From an uncultured Gammaproteobacteria bacterium (GTDB lineage Bacteria > Pseudomonadota > Gammaproteobacteria > CAWCPV01): 64,000 nucleotides of DNA. The notes below the pieces were generated by a model. It did not search any database. It saw nothing but the letters and a program-made list of their open reading frames with translations, and was not told where the DNA came from. The stretch covers positions 293,049 through 357,048 of the forward strand of contig CAWCPV010000009.1 in the NCBI GenBank assembly GCA_963797555.1, in the 5' to 3' direction. The position numbers and the translations under genes are program-made. Shown here in pieces: positions 35,976-45,919 of the stretch (its first letter is position 1; each line of letters opens with the position of its first letter).

Positions 35976-36266
35976 TCACGCATCGTCGTAGAAGTTCTGC
36001 CGTGAACCCACGTTCCTGAGCCGGATCCGCCTGTGTTCCCCGTCGACGCTGAAGGAAGGCGATAGTTGCGGCCGAGCCGGCAAGCGTACACGCCTCCGCT
36101 TTTCGCCTTCAGCTTCTTGATCTGGATCTGTGAATCGAAAGGATCTTCTTCCAGCTTCCAGCTTCTTCAGGACCTGCTCAAGCTTGTCCAAGATGTTCAG
36201 GGGAAGCGCCGCAGCCATCTTATCGAAGCGCGGACTTTTTAGGAGTCGCCACTTGTCTTCGGCCAT
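35976..36266 (-). CDS. RelE/ParE-like toxin
   Basis: 96 aa, basic, SPRFDK N-terminus, C-terminal IRLRNVGSRQNFY. Confidence 0.65.
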   Translation of the reverse strand: MAEDKWRLLKSPRFDKMAAALPLNILDKLEQVLKKLEAGRRSFRFTDPDQEAEGEKRRRVRLPARPQLSPSFSVDGEHRRIRLRNVGSRQNFYDDA

Positions 36267-36270
36267 CCAG

Positions 36271-36786
36271 CTAGGGCCTTCTCGCCTTGATAGCGGCAAT
36301 TACAACCTGTGCGCTTCCCTCCGTTAGCTCGTCGTCCAGATCGGCGTCATGCTCCATGATCTCCCAGCGGAGATCCGACGCCGCATCGTGGAGGAGCTTG
36401 AGGGCTTCGATCACGTCGCTGTACGCCTGAACGACCCGGCGCTCATGCTCGCCCACAAGCGCCCGGTCCTGGAAGGCGCTATCTCGCTTTCTCTCAAATT
36501 CCCCGATGGCCTTCCGGAAGACGGATTCGGCGCGTTCGATGCGCCCGACCGTGCTGGCGGAGGGGTCCAGGGGCTGCTCGATATCGCAGCTATGGATGAC
36601 CTCGATCGCCGCCTGGACGCTGTGATGGACCGCCGTGGTGAAGGTACGAAGCCGCGAGAGGAACTGGACGGTTTGCTCCGCAAGCGCCTCGATGGATGGC
36701 GGCGCCTCGAGCATGTCGGCCAGCGAGGCGATGCCGACGTAGGCGCTATTTGTGGCGGCTTCGCTGTATCGCTCTCCACAGCGCAT
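36271..36786 (-). CDS. Acidic helical protein, putative antitoxin
   Basis: Strong RBS (AGGAGG), ends 4 bp before toxin start, acidic C-terminus WEIMEHDADLDDE. Confidence 0.6.
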   Translation of the reverse strand: MRCGERYSEAATNSAYVGIASLADMLEAPPSIEALAEQTVQFLSRLRTFTTAVHHSVQAAIEVIHSCDIEQPLDPSASTVGRIERAESVFRKAIGEFERKRDSAFQDRALVGEHERRVVQAYSDVIEALKLLHDAASDLRWEIMEHDADLDDELTEGSAQVVIAAIKARRP

Positions 36787-37018
36787 GGTTTGTCCTCCTG
36801 GCCATCAACGGGTAGAGCAGTACTATTATGGTTGGAGCACATTAGAATTGCAGTACACGCGGTATATCAAGGGATCTCGCGGGCACGAATGGCCGGCGCG
36901 AAGACAGCGAGCTTGACCTTACACACGACCGGGGCGCGAATAGGGCCACCATACCTGAGCAGGGCAGCACATTTCCTGACGGCATTCGCCAGGCAGGCGC
37001 AGTAAGCCACAATGATCC

Positions 37019-39868
37019 ATGTCTGAAACGCCCGAACAAAAAGCCCGCCGCGGGATCGACGCTGACCTCACGGCCGCCGGTTGGCTGGTGCAGGACCGCG
37101 AGGACATCGACCTCACCGCCGGCCGGGGGATCGCCGTGCGCGAGTTCCCGATGAGGTCCGGCTTCGGTTTCGCGGACTACCTGCTCTATCTGGACCGCAA
37201 GGCGGTGGGCGCGGTGGAGGCCAAGGCGCAGGGCACCCTGACCGGCGTCGAGGAGCAGTCGGCGAAATACGCCGCCGGCCTGCCGGAGAACCTCCCCGCG
37301 CACAAGCGCCCGCTGCCCTTCCTGTTCGAGTCCAACGGTTCGGTGACCTACTTCACGAACGGACTCGACCCCGCGCCGCGCAGCCGCCGCGTGTTCAACT
37401 TCCCGCGCCCGGAAACGCTGGCGGAGTGGGTGGCGCAGCCCGCGCAACTGCGCGCCCGCCTGCAAGGCTTGCCGCCGCTCGACGAGTCGCGGCTGTGGAC
37501 GGTCCAGGCCCGCGCCATTCGTAATCTCGAGGAATCCTTCGCCCGGGGCGACCCGCGCGCCCTCATCCAGATGGCCACCGGCTCGGGCAAGACCTTCACC
37601 GCCGTCAACGTCGCCTATCGGCTGCTCAAGTTCGGCGGCTGCCCGGCGCATCCTGTTCCTGGTGGACCGGGGCAACCTCGGCAGGCAGACCGAGGACGAG
37701 TTCGCCAACTTCGAGCCGCCCGACGACCCGCGCAAGTTCCCGACGCTCTACACCCTCCAGCGGCTCAAGACCAATTCCATCAACCCCGCCGCCAAGGTCG
37801 TCATCACCACCATTCAGCGCCTGTACTCGATGCTGAAGGGCGAGGCCGAGCTCGACGCCGGCAACGAGGAAGGCTCGGGCTTCGATTCCGCCAGGCCCTG
37901 GCAGGGCGAGCCGCCGGAAGTGGTCTACAACGCCGGCATCCCGCCCGAGTTCTTCGACTTCATCATCGTGGACGAGTGTCACCGCTCCATCTACGAGCTG
38001 TGGAGCCAGGTGCTGCTCTATTTCGATGCGTTCCTCGTCGGCCTCACCGCCACGCCCGCCGGCAAGACCATCGGCTTCTTCAATCAGAACCTTGTCATGC
38101 AGTACGGCCACAACGAGGCGGTGACGGACGGCGTGAACGTGGACTTCGACGTCTACCGCATCCGCACCCGCGTCACCGAGCGGGGCGCCACCATCGAGGC
38201 GCGCGATACCGGAGTCTACGTGGACAAGCGGGACAAGCTCACCCGCGCCGAGCGGCTGCAACTGCTCAATCAGGACCTCACCTACACGGCCAACCAGCTC
38301 GACCGCGATGTGGTCTCGGAAAGCCAGATCCGCACTGTGCTCCAGCAGTTCCGGGACAATGTGCTGCCCGACGCCTTCCCGGGCCGCGCGGAGGTGCCCA
38401 AGACCCTGATCTTCGCGAAGGACGACTCCCACGCCGACGACATCGTGCGCCTGGCGCGCGAGGTGTTCGCGGAAGGCAACGAGTTCTGCCAGAAGATCAC
38501 CTACCGCACCGGCTTCACCAAGCGTCACCCAGAAGGTGAGGAACGAGGACGGCACGCGAGTCGGAAGTCACCGAGTGGGTGAGGACCGCGAGCCTCACGC
38601 CGGATGAGATCCTCGCCAACTTCCGCAACAGCTTCTTCCCGCGCATCGCGGTGACCGTGGACATGATCTCGACTGGCACCGACGTGAAGCCCATCGAGTG
38701 CGTGTTCTTCCTGCGCAACGTGAAATCCGCCGGCTTCTTCGAGCAGATGAAGGGGCGCGGCGTGCGCGTGATCTCGCCCGACAAGCTGCGCGTCGTCACT
38801 CCCAGCGCAAAGGTCAAGGACCGCTTCATCATCGTGGACGCCGTGGGCGTGTGCGAGCAGGACAAGACCGACTCCCACACCCTCAACCGCCAGCCTTCCA
38901 AGACTCTGGAAGAAGTCCTCGAATATGTCGCCCAGGGCGGCACCGATCCCGAGGCCCTCACCACCTTGGCCGGCCGGCTGGCCCGCCTCCAGCGCGGGTT
39001 CAGCCGCGAGCAGCTCGCCGAGCTGAAGGACCTCGCGGGCGGCAAGTCCTTCCCCGACCTTGCGCACGACCTCTTGAATGCCTGCGACCCGGACGCGCAG
39101 ATCGAAGCGGCCAAGCAACTGCCCGGCGTCATCGGCCATCCGACCGAAGATCAGGTCAAACAGGGCGCCGAGCAGCTCGCCCAGGCCGCCGTCACGCCCT
39201 TCCTCAAGGCCGCGTTCCGCCGCCGCATCCTGGAAATCCGCCAGCAGAACGAGCAGACTATCGACCGGCATACCATCGACGACGTGCTCTACGCCGGCTT
39301 CGACGCCTCGGCGGTGGAGAAGGCGCAGAAACAAGGTGCAGGACTTCCGCGCCTGGATCGCCGCGCACAAGGACGAGCTCACCGCCCTGCAAGTGCTCTA
39401 CGCCGGCACGCGCCCGCTCAAGCTCTCGCTCAAGGACCTGCGCCAGTTGAAAGACGCGCTCGCCCGCCCGCCGCTCGCCGCCACGCCGGTCCAGCTCTGG
39501 CGCGCGTTCGAGGCGATAGAGACGGACAACGTCAAGGGTCAGAGGCGGCCAGCAACTGGCCGACCTCGTGAATCTCGTGCGCCACGCGCTGATCCCGGCC
39601 TTGACACTGGTGCCCTACCGCGGACGAGCTGCGCGAACGTTATCAAGGCTGGCTGGAGGACCAGGACGCGGACAACGCCTTCACACCCGACCAGCGCGAA
39701 TGGCTCGACCGCATGGCCGAGCATATCGCCACCAGCCTTGCCATCGAGCCCGAGGACTTCGAGACCGGCTGGTTCGGCCAGCATGGCAGCCTCGGCAAGG
39801 CGCACGCGCTGTTCGGGGATACGCTCAGGCCGCTGATGGCGGAACTGAATGAGAGGTTGGCGGCGTGA
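37019..39868 (+). CDS. hsdR: Type I restriction subunit R (about six apparent indels)
   Basis: FADYLL...VEAK nuclease, QMATGSGKT, IIVDECHRS, GLTATP, KTLIFA, QMKGRG across frames. Confidence 0.9.
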
Positions 39869-41452
39869 GTGGGAACGGGCAGGAACTGCCGCCGGGCTGG
39901 GGCTGCCGCCACTCGCTACGTCGCGCACGATGAACCCATCATTGCGATCGATGCGTCATTCAACGACGATGTGCCGAGTGAAATTCGTTCCGATGCGCGC
40001 TGTCGAGGCCGAACGTGGTGGGCCTGTTCGGCCTGAAGCGCGTGCGCTGTCGGCTCGAGGTCAAGAGTGGCGCGATACACGTCGTTCCTCTCGGGCGACG
40101 TGATGTATGGTCGCCAGCGATCACACCGTGTATGGAGAACGGCAAGACGTACCGTTGTCCGGAGTTGCGCCGGACCGGTCTGCTTTCGGTCCACGGAATT
40201 CCATCGTAGTCCGTCCGAGGAAGGTCTTCAGCCGCTATGGTCGAACAGTTCCTGATTTGCCGCATCGACGGTGCGATTCGCTCGCCCAGCGCCAGATGAC
40301 AGGCGGCGTCGGTCAGATGCGTAGTTCCGGCTGCATTTCTAGAAATTCCGGTTCCAATTCCCCTCGCACCGCACTGAACAGTCCCGCATCGCCGACGCCC
40401 TCGACGAACTCTTCTCCGACCTCGACGCGGGCGTGGCGGCGCTGGAGCGGGTGCGGGAGAAGCTAAAGCTCTATCGCGCCTCGGTGCTGAAGGCGGCGGT
40501 GGAAGGGGCGCTCACCGCCGAATGGCGCACGCAACAGCCGCACACCGAGCCCGCCAGCGAACTGCTCAAGCGCATCCTCGCCCAACGCCGCCGCCTCTGG
40601 GAGGAAGAGCAACTCGCCAAGTTCCAGGCCAAGGGCCAGGAGCCGCCCAAGAACTGGAAGGCGAAATACAAGGAGCCCGTGGCGCCGGATACCACCGATC
40701 TGCCAGAGCTGCCGCAGGGGTGGGTAACGGCGAGCATGGATGCACTTACCGTACGGATCACTAGCGGGTCTCGCGACTGGCAGCAGTTCTATGGTGCGGG
40801 CTCGGGAACCTTCATCATGGCCCAAAACGTACGTCCCGGCCGCTTCGATCCAAGCGCTCGCCAAGCGGTCAATCCACCGCCGGGTGATCCAAGCTGCGAG
40901 CGAAGCCTCGTTGAAGTCGACGATCTACTGGTCACCATCGTTGGCGTGAATACCGGGGATGTTTGTCGAGTGCCAACACCGCTTTCCGAGCACTACGTCT
41001 GCCAAAGCGTGGCTCTGATGCGGCCTGTGGATCGTCGCATCGCCAAGTTTCTCGATTACTACTGCAATTCCGGAAGCGGCGCTCAACTCCATTACCGACG
41101 GTACATCTATGGTGCTGGGCGTCCGCACCTAAGCTTCGATCAACTGAAGATGACCCCGGTCCTCTTGCCTGGCCTCGCAGAACAAGAAGCGATTGTTGAA
41201 CTCGTCGAAGACCAGCTCTCCGTCATCGACCACCTCGAAGCCGACTTAGCCGCCAAGCTGAAGTCCACTCAGGCGCTGCGCCAATCCATCCTGCGCCACG
41301 CCTTCACCGGTCAGCTCGTGCCGCAGGACCGGAACGACGAACCGGCCTCGGAACTGCTGAAGCGCATCGCCGCCGAGCGCGAGACCCGCGCCCGCGCGGC
41401 TGTCGTGGCGAAAGGCTCGCCTGGGCGCAAGGGCAGACAGGCGAAACCATGA
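39865..41452 (+). CDS. hsdS: Type I specificity subunit S; first TRD heavily frameshifted
   Basis: ELPPGW start, fragments ITPCMENGK and STEFH, ELFSDLDAGVAALER...SVLKAAVEG, intact TRD2, LRQSILRHAFTGQLVPQD. Confidence 0.88.
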
Positions 41453-41564
41453 GGGCACCTCCTTGCACATCTGGTTATTCCGCCGGAGCTTGCCCCGGAC
41501 TCGATCCGGAGGCGTGGTGGCATCGAGAACACACGGACGTGGCCCGCTTAGCCGTCCCTGGCGC

Positions 41565-41681
41565 CTGGATTCCGGCGATCCATGCCGGAATGACGGTCAT
41601 GCGGAGACCTGCGGGTAATGGTATGGGTCGGAGCAGCCGTCCTCAGCCTCTGGATTCCGACGATCCCTGCCGGAACGACGG
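41565..41681 (-). repeat. Two REP-like hairpins (CGTC...CCAG type) with ANGGA loops
   Basis: 41565-41596 revcomp CCGTCATTCCGGC-ATGGATC-GCCGGAATCCAG; 41650-41681 degenerate copy. Confidence 0.8.
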
Positions 41682-41716
41682 TGGTACGGTGATGCATCGA
41701 TTGCGGAAAACTATGA

Positions 41717-41745
41717 CCGTCATTCCCGCGAAAGCGGGAATCCAG
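41717..41745 (+). repeat. REP-like palindrome, left flank of GIY-YIG gene
   Basis: CCGTCATTCCCGCGAAAGCGGGAATCCAG. Confidence 0.92.
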
Positions 41746-41758
41746 TGCGGCGCCTAGG

Positions 41759-42034
41759 ATGGAAAAACGACCCGCCGTGTACATCTTGGCGAGTCAACGA
41801 AACGGCACGCTATACATCGGCGTTACCAGCGACCTGGGCAAGCGCGTTTGGGAACACCGGAATAGCCTGGTCTCCGGTTTCACGAAGAAATACGCGGTGC
41901 ATCGTCTCGTCTATTTCGAGATGCACGATGACATGACGTCGGCAATCACGCGGGAAAAGCAGATCAAGAAATGGAACCGCGCCTGGAAACTGGAATTGAT
42001 CGAGAAGGAAAACCCGGAATGGAAAGACCTCTGA
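41759..42034 (+). CDS. Small GIY-YIG nuclease (Ssn-like)
   Basis: VYILAS.RNGTLYIGVTSDL..RVWEH, FTKKY, AITREKQIKKWNRAWK, NPEWKDL. Confidence 0.93.
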   Translation: MEKRPAVYILASQRNGTLYIGVTSDLGKRVWEHRNSLVSGFTKKYAVHRLVYFEMHDDMTSAITREKQIKKWNRAWKLELIEKENPEWKDL

Positions 42035-42051
42035 CTGGACATTATGTGACT

Positions 42052-42080
42052 CTGGATTCCCGCTTTCGCGGGAATGACGG
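42052..42080 (-). repeat. REP-like palindrome, right flank; exact inverse of 41717-41745
   Basis: CTGGATTCCCGCTTTCGCGGGAATGACGG, 29/29 reverse complement. Confidence 0.92.
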
Positions 42081-42102
42081 ATTGGCGGCCCGCACACCCC
42101 GA

Positions 42103-42172
42103 CCTCATCCCCGCGCAGGCGGGGACCCAGCAGGCGGGACGTTCCTGGATTCCTGCCTACGCAGGAATTGCG
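42103..42172. repeat. Inverted pair of diverged REP-like palindromes
   Basis: CCTCATCCCCGCGCAGGCGGGGACCCAG and CTGGATTCCTGCCTACGCAGGAATTGCG with compensatory stem changes. Confidence 0.78.
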
Positions 42173-42188
42173 ATCGAGACTTTGAGCC

Positions 42189-42386
42189 ATGAAAGTCCGC
42201 TACTTCCCCGACACCGATACTCTCTACATCCTGTTCCACGAGGGCGAGATCGCGCAGAGCCGCGACATTGACGACGACACCTTGGTCGAGTTCGACAACG
42301 AGGGCCGCCTGTGCGCCATGACGGTGGAGCACGCACGGGAGCGCGCCGACCTGCCTCACCTCTCGTTCGAACAGATTCCCGCATAG
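42189..42386 (+). CDS. DUF2283 family protein (putative antitoxin)
   Basis: MKVRYFPDTDTLYI...EFDNEGRLCAMTVEHA. Confidence 0.88.
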   Translation: MKVRYFPDTDTLYILFHEGEIAQSRDIDDDTLVEFDNEGRLCAMTVEHARERADLPHLSFEQIPA

Positions 42387-42395
42387 GCACGGCGA

Positions 42396-43895
42396 ATGGA
42401 CGCTTCCCAGATCGGCAAACGCGCCTGGAGCTATGCGGGCGTGTTGCAGGACGCCGGGCTCTCCTGCTTCGAGTACGTGGAGCAGTTGACGCTGCTGCTG
42501 TTTCTCAAGATGGCGGACCAGCTCACCGAGGAGCCTTACAACCGCGCGCCCCTCGTGCCGCCGGGACTGGGCTGGAAGGCGCTGCTGCCGCTGGACGGCG
42601 CGGTGCTGGAGGACCAGTACCGCGCGAGCCTGGAAAAGCTCGGCGTCAAGCCCGGCATGCTGGGCGTGATCTTCAAAGGCGCGCGCTGCGAGATCCACAA
42701 CCCCGCGCTGCTCAAGCAGCTCATCGTCAATCTGCTGGACAAAGTGGACTGGCTGTCGCTGCCGGTGGACGTGAAGGGCACGATCTACGAGGAGTTGCTC
42801 TCGCGCTCGGCACAGGAATCCTCGCGCGGCGCGGGCCAGTATTTCACCCCGCGTCCGGTGATCCAGGCCATGTGCGAGGTGATGCAGCCTACGCCCTCCG
42901 ACCGCATCTGCGACCCGGCGGCGGGCACCGGCGGCTTCCTCTGCAACGCCTACCAGTACGTGCTCGACCGCTTCGAGCGGCACCTCGACCGCGACGAGAA
43001 GCGGGCGCTGCAAGAGGATCTGGTCGAGGGCATGGAGCTGTCGCCCAAGGTCGGGCGCATGTGCGCGATGAACGTCTACCTGCACGGCATCGGCGGCGAC
43101 AAGGTGGTGGTCCGCACCGGCCACGACAGCCTCGCCGCGCCGTGGAGCCGCGAATACTCCATGGTCCTCGCCAATCCGCCGTTCGGGAAGAAGCAGAGCC
43201 TGCTGTTCGTGAACGAGGAGGGCGACACCGAGAAGGAAGACCAGATCGTCGTCCGGGAGGACTTCTGGACCTCGACCAGCAACAAGCAGCTCAACTTCGT
43301 CCAGCACATCTACACGCTGCTGAAGATCGACGGCCGCGCGGCGGTCGTGGTGCCGGACAACGTGCTGTTTGAAGGCGGCGCGGGCGAGAAGGTGCGCAGG
43401 AACCTGCTGCAGAAATGCCGCGTCCACACCCTGCTGCGCCTGCCGACCGGCATCTGGTATTCGCCGGGCGTCAAGGCCAACGTGATCTTCTTCGACAAGA
43501 AGGAAGGCCGCGCCGAGGCGTGGACCGACAAGCTCTGGGTCTACGACCTGCGCACCAACCGGCACTTCACGCTCAAGCAGTCGCCAATCCAGCGCAAGGA
43601 CTTCGACGAGTTCGTCGAGTGCTGCAAGCCGGGCCGGCTCCACGAGCGCAAGCCCACCTGGAGCGAGGATAACCCCGAGGGCCGTTGGCGCTGCTACGAT
43701 TACGAGGACTTGCTCAAGCGCGACAAGCTGAGCCTCGACCTCTTCTGGATCAAGGACCAGAGCCTGACCGATACCGACTCGCTGCCCCCGCCCGACGTCA
43801 TCGCCACCGAGATTGCGGACGACCTCGAAGCGGCGCTGGAGCAGTTCACCAAGATTGCCGCGCGGCTGGGACGCCATGCGGGAGGCGCAACGTGA
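42396..43895 (+). CDS. hsdM: Type I N6-adenine methyltransferase M
   Basis: YVEQLT.LLFLKM, GQYFTPR, DPAAGTGGFL, NPPF, LRLPTG. Confidence 0.95.
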   Translation: MDASQIGKRAWSYAGVLQDAGLSCFEYVEQLTLLLFLKMADQLTEEPYNRAPLVPPGLGWKALLPLDGAVLEDQYRASLEKLGVKPGMLGVIFKGARCEIHNPALLKQLIVNLLDKVDWLSLPVDVKGTIYEELLSRSAQESSRGAGQYFTPRPVIQAMCEVMQPTPSDRICDPAAGTGGFLCNAYQYVLDRFERHLDRDEKRALQEDLVEGMELSPKVGRMCAMNVYLHGIGGDKVVVRTGHDSLAAPWSREYSMVLANPPFGKKQSLLFVNEEGDTEKEDQIVVREDFWTSTSNKQLNFVQHIYTLLKIDGRAAVVVPDNVLFEGGAGEKVRRNLLQKCRVHTLLRLPTGIWYSPGVKANVIFFDKKEGRAEAWTDKLWVYDLRTNRHFTLKQSPIQRKDFDEFVECCKPGRLHERKPTWSEDNPEGRWRCYDYEDLLKRDKLSLDLFWIKDQSLTDTDSLPPPDVIATEIADDLEAALEQFTKIAARLGRHAGGAT

Positions 43896-43965
43896 AGCAT
43901 CCCGACCATCGGGGCAGTGCGGGGCAACAATGCGCCTGTGGGTCCGCCAGCCAAGGCCAACGAAG

Positions 43966-44340
43966 GTGACTAAGCCTGGTTTGCAGGTACCGGACGTTGA
44001 AGTGTTGGGTGGTCCTGCGTTGTTGTCTCCCGAGGAGGCCGGAGCTCGGATCCGCGACTACCTTTCGGGAACCCGTGTCCTGCGCGCCATCCTTTTCGGG
44101 TCATTCGCCCGGGGCCAAGCCGATTCGGAGAGCGACCTCGACTTGCTGCTTATCGAACAAACGGACTCACCGTTTCTGGAGCGTGGGCTGCAGCACTTGC
44201 CGCTCTATCGGCTCGGCGTCGGGGTCGACTTGTTGGTTTACACTCCAGAGGAGTATCAGAGGCTCAAGGAGGACGGAAACCCTCTTATCGAGCGGGTGGA
44301 GAAAGAGGGGATCACGATCTATGCGCGACCCGAAGGCTGA
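43966..44340 (+). CDS. Minimal nucleotidyltransferase (MNT) antitoxin
   Basis: ILFGSFARGQADSESDLDLL, VDLLVYTPEE; start uncertain. Confidence 0.88.
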   Translation: MTKPGLQVPDVEVLGGPALLSPEEAGARIRDYLSGTRVLRAILFGSFARGQADSESDLDLLLIEQTDSPFLERGLQHLPLYRLGVGVDLLVYTPEEYQRLKEDGNPLIERVEKEGITIYARPEG

Positions 44341-44722
44341 ATGTGCGAGATGGCTATCCCAGGCCGAGAACGATCTCGCATTCGCTCGTTATGCATTGGA
44401 CGGCCGCTTCTTCCATCAGGCGTGCTTCCATGCCCAACAGGCGGCGGAAAAGGCGTTGAAGGCGGTGCACTATAACGACGGCGCGAGGGCAGTCCTCGGG
44501 CACTCCGCCGTCGGGTTGCTGGCAAGGCTTCTGAACAGCCATCCCGACCTCGAGAGGGTGCGCGACCTCGCGGCCGAGTTGGATCTCTTCTACATTCCCA
44601 CCCGATATCCGAACGGCTTGGTCGAGGGAACCCCGCACGAGGTGTTTACCCGCGCCCAGGCGGAGCGCGCCGCGAAGGCCGCCGAAAAGCTGATGCTGGC
44701 GGTCAAGAGCGAGATCGGCTGA
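44321..44722 (+). CDS. HEPN domain protein
   Basis: WLSQAENDL, ACFHAQQAAEKALKA, GHS, YIPTRYP; overlaps MNT. Confidence 0.9.
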   Translation: MRDPKAECARWLSQAENDLAFARYALDGRFFHQACFHAQQAAEKALKAVHYNDGARAVLGHSAVGLLARLLNSHPDLERVRDLAAELDLFYIPTRYPNGLVEGTPHEVFTRAQAERAAKAAEKLMLAVKSEIG

Positions 44723-45167
44723 CACCGGGCGCGGGAACATCCTTTTGGGGCCGAGGACCAGGGCGAGGGATGAGGTTTCGGAAAGCTCCGCCAGGTCCGC
44801 CCGCTCGGACCGACGCGGCCGCGTGCGGAACACACGACCCTGGTATATTGTCCCTCGGCACCACAACAGCCAGGATGACTTGGCCGTGGGGGTTCTCCAC
44901 GACAAACCGCTGGAGAGCGGCTTCACCTTCCCAGACTGACAGGGTCCAAAACTGCCGCTTGGGCGTATGCGTCCGCAGCGAGTAGCCGAGAAGGCCCGGC
45001 GTGTGTGTGTAGCACCGGCCGTCACAGCCTGAGTGCGAACGGCTAGACCGTGGGTCACGGACATCATAAGGGGGCGGACCGTGCCCAGCACCAGGGCTGG
45101 TGCCAGAAACGCCGCGGGCCGCCCGGCAGGAACCGCGCGGCCCTCGATCTGCGTCTCGGCGGGTTTG

Positions 45168-45521
45168 TCAGGCCGCCTTCAGGACGACTTCGGTCTCCTC
45201 GCTCAGCACACGGTAAATCTCGTTGAAGTCCGCCTTGGCCGTCTCCACGAACACCCCGAAGTGGCCCATCACGCAGATGGAATAGTCACCGGCCGACAAT
45301 GCCCAGCCATGGAAGGGTGAGCAGTTCATCCCGGTGATCCGGCCAAGAGCCTCCGCCTCGGTGGCTCCTAGGAGAGACTTGCCTGCGCACAGCCTTGCGA
45401 TGTAGCGAGCCGTCTCCTGGGGGAAGTCTCCCTTGTAGGAGACGAGTTCTCCGCCGGCAGAAAACTCGCCAGCGGCCACCGCGCCGCCTAACGTCATCAG
45501 TCGGTTGAGGTTTGCCATCAC
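45168..45521 (-). CDS. DUF2173 family protein
   Basis: LMTLGGAVAAGEFS..GELVSYKG, GWALSAGDYSICV, ADFNEI; RBS GAGGAGGT. Confidence 0.8.
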   Translation of the reverse strand: MMANLNRLMTLGGAVAAGEFSAGGELVSYKGDFPQETARYIARLCAGKSLLGATEAEALGRITGMNCSPFHGWALSAGDYSICVMGHFGVFVETAKADFNEIYRVLSEETEVVLKAA

Positions 45522-45842
45522 CTACCTCCTCGCTCTGTGAGCAGAGCGAATGTGCAAACCGCGAACGCTCGTTTCCGAGCCTCATGTTAAAGTTTAGCAC
45601 CATGCTCAACTATTACGAGTCTGGGGTGGCGGGAATAGAGATACCACAGGTGTTGTCTCTGGCAGGACAGCCGTCTGTCGCCAGGGGGCGACCGTATTTC
45701 CCTTTCCACCCAAGCTGTTGCGGTTCAGGCTCGGAAAGTGTCGGACTAGAACGACAGCCCGGCGGCCCGGAAGGCCCCCACCCACCTCTCATCGTTCAAC
45801 ATAACCCCTCAAGCCTTTGTTCACGCACGAATGAAAACCGGC

Positions 45843-45859
45843 TTGGCACGGGTATTGCT
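45843..45859 (+). promoter_or_regulatory. Sigma54 promoter
   Basis: TTGGCACGGGTATTGCT, full match to TGGCACG-N4-TTGCW. Confidence 0.85.
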
Positions 45860-45919
45860 TGGAGCCAACGGCGGCCCGACGGCAGCAGTCCTCACCACAG
45901 CCCAAAGGAGGAACCATGA

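Noticed and set aside
41565-42172. Repeat cluster as a CRISPR array
   Set aside because: Repeats alternate orientation, vary in sequence and spacing, enclose a gene, and no cas genes are present.
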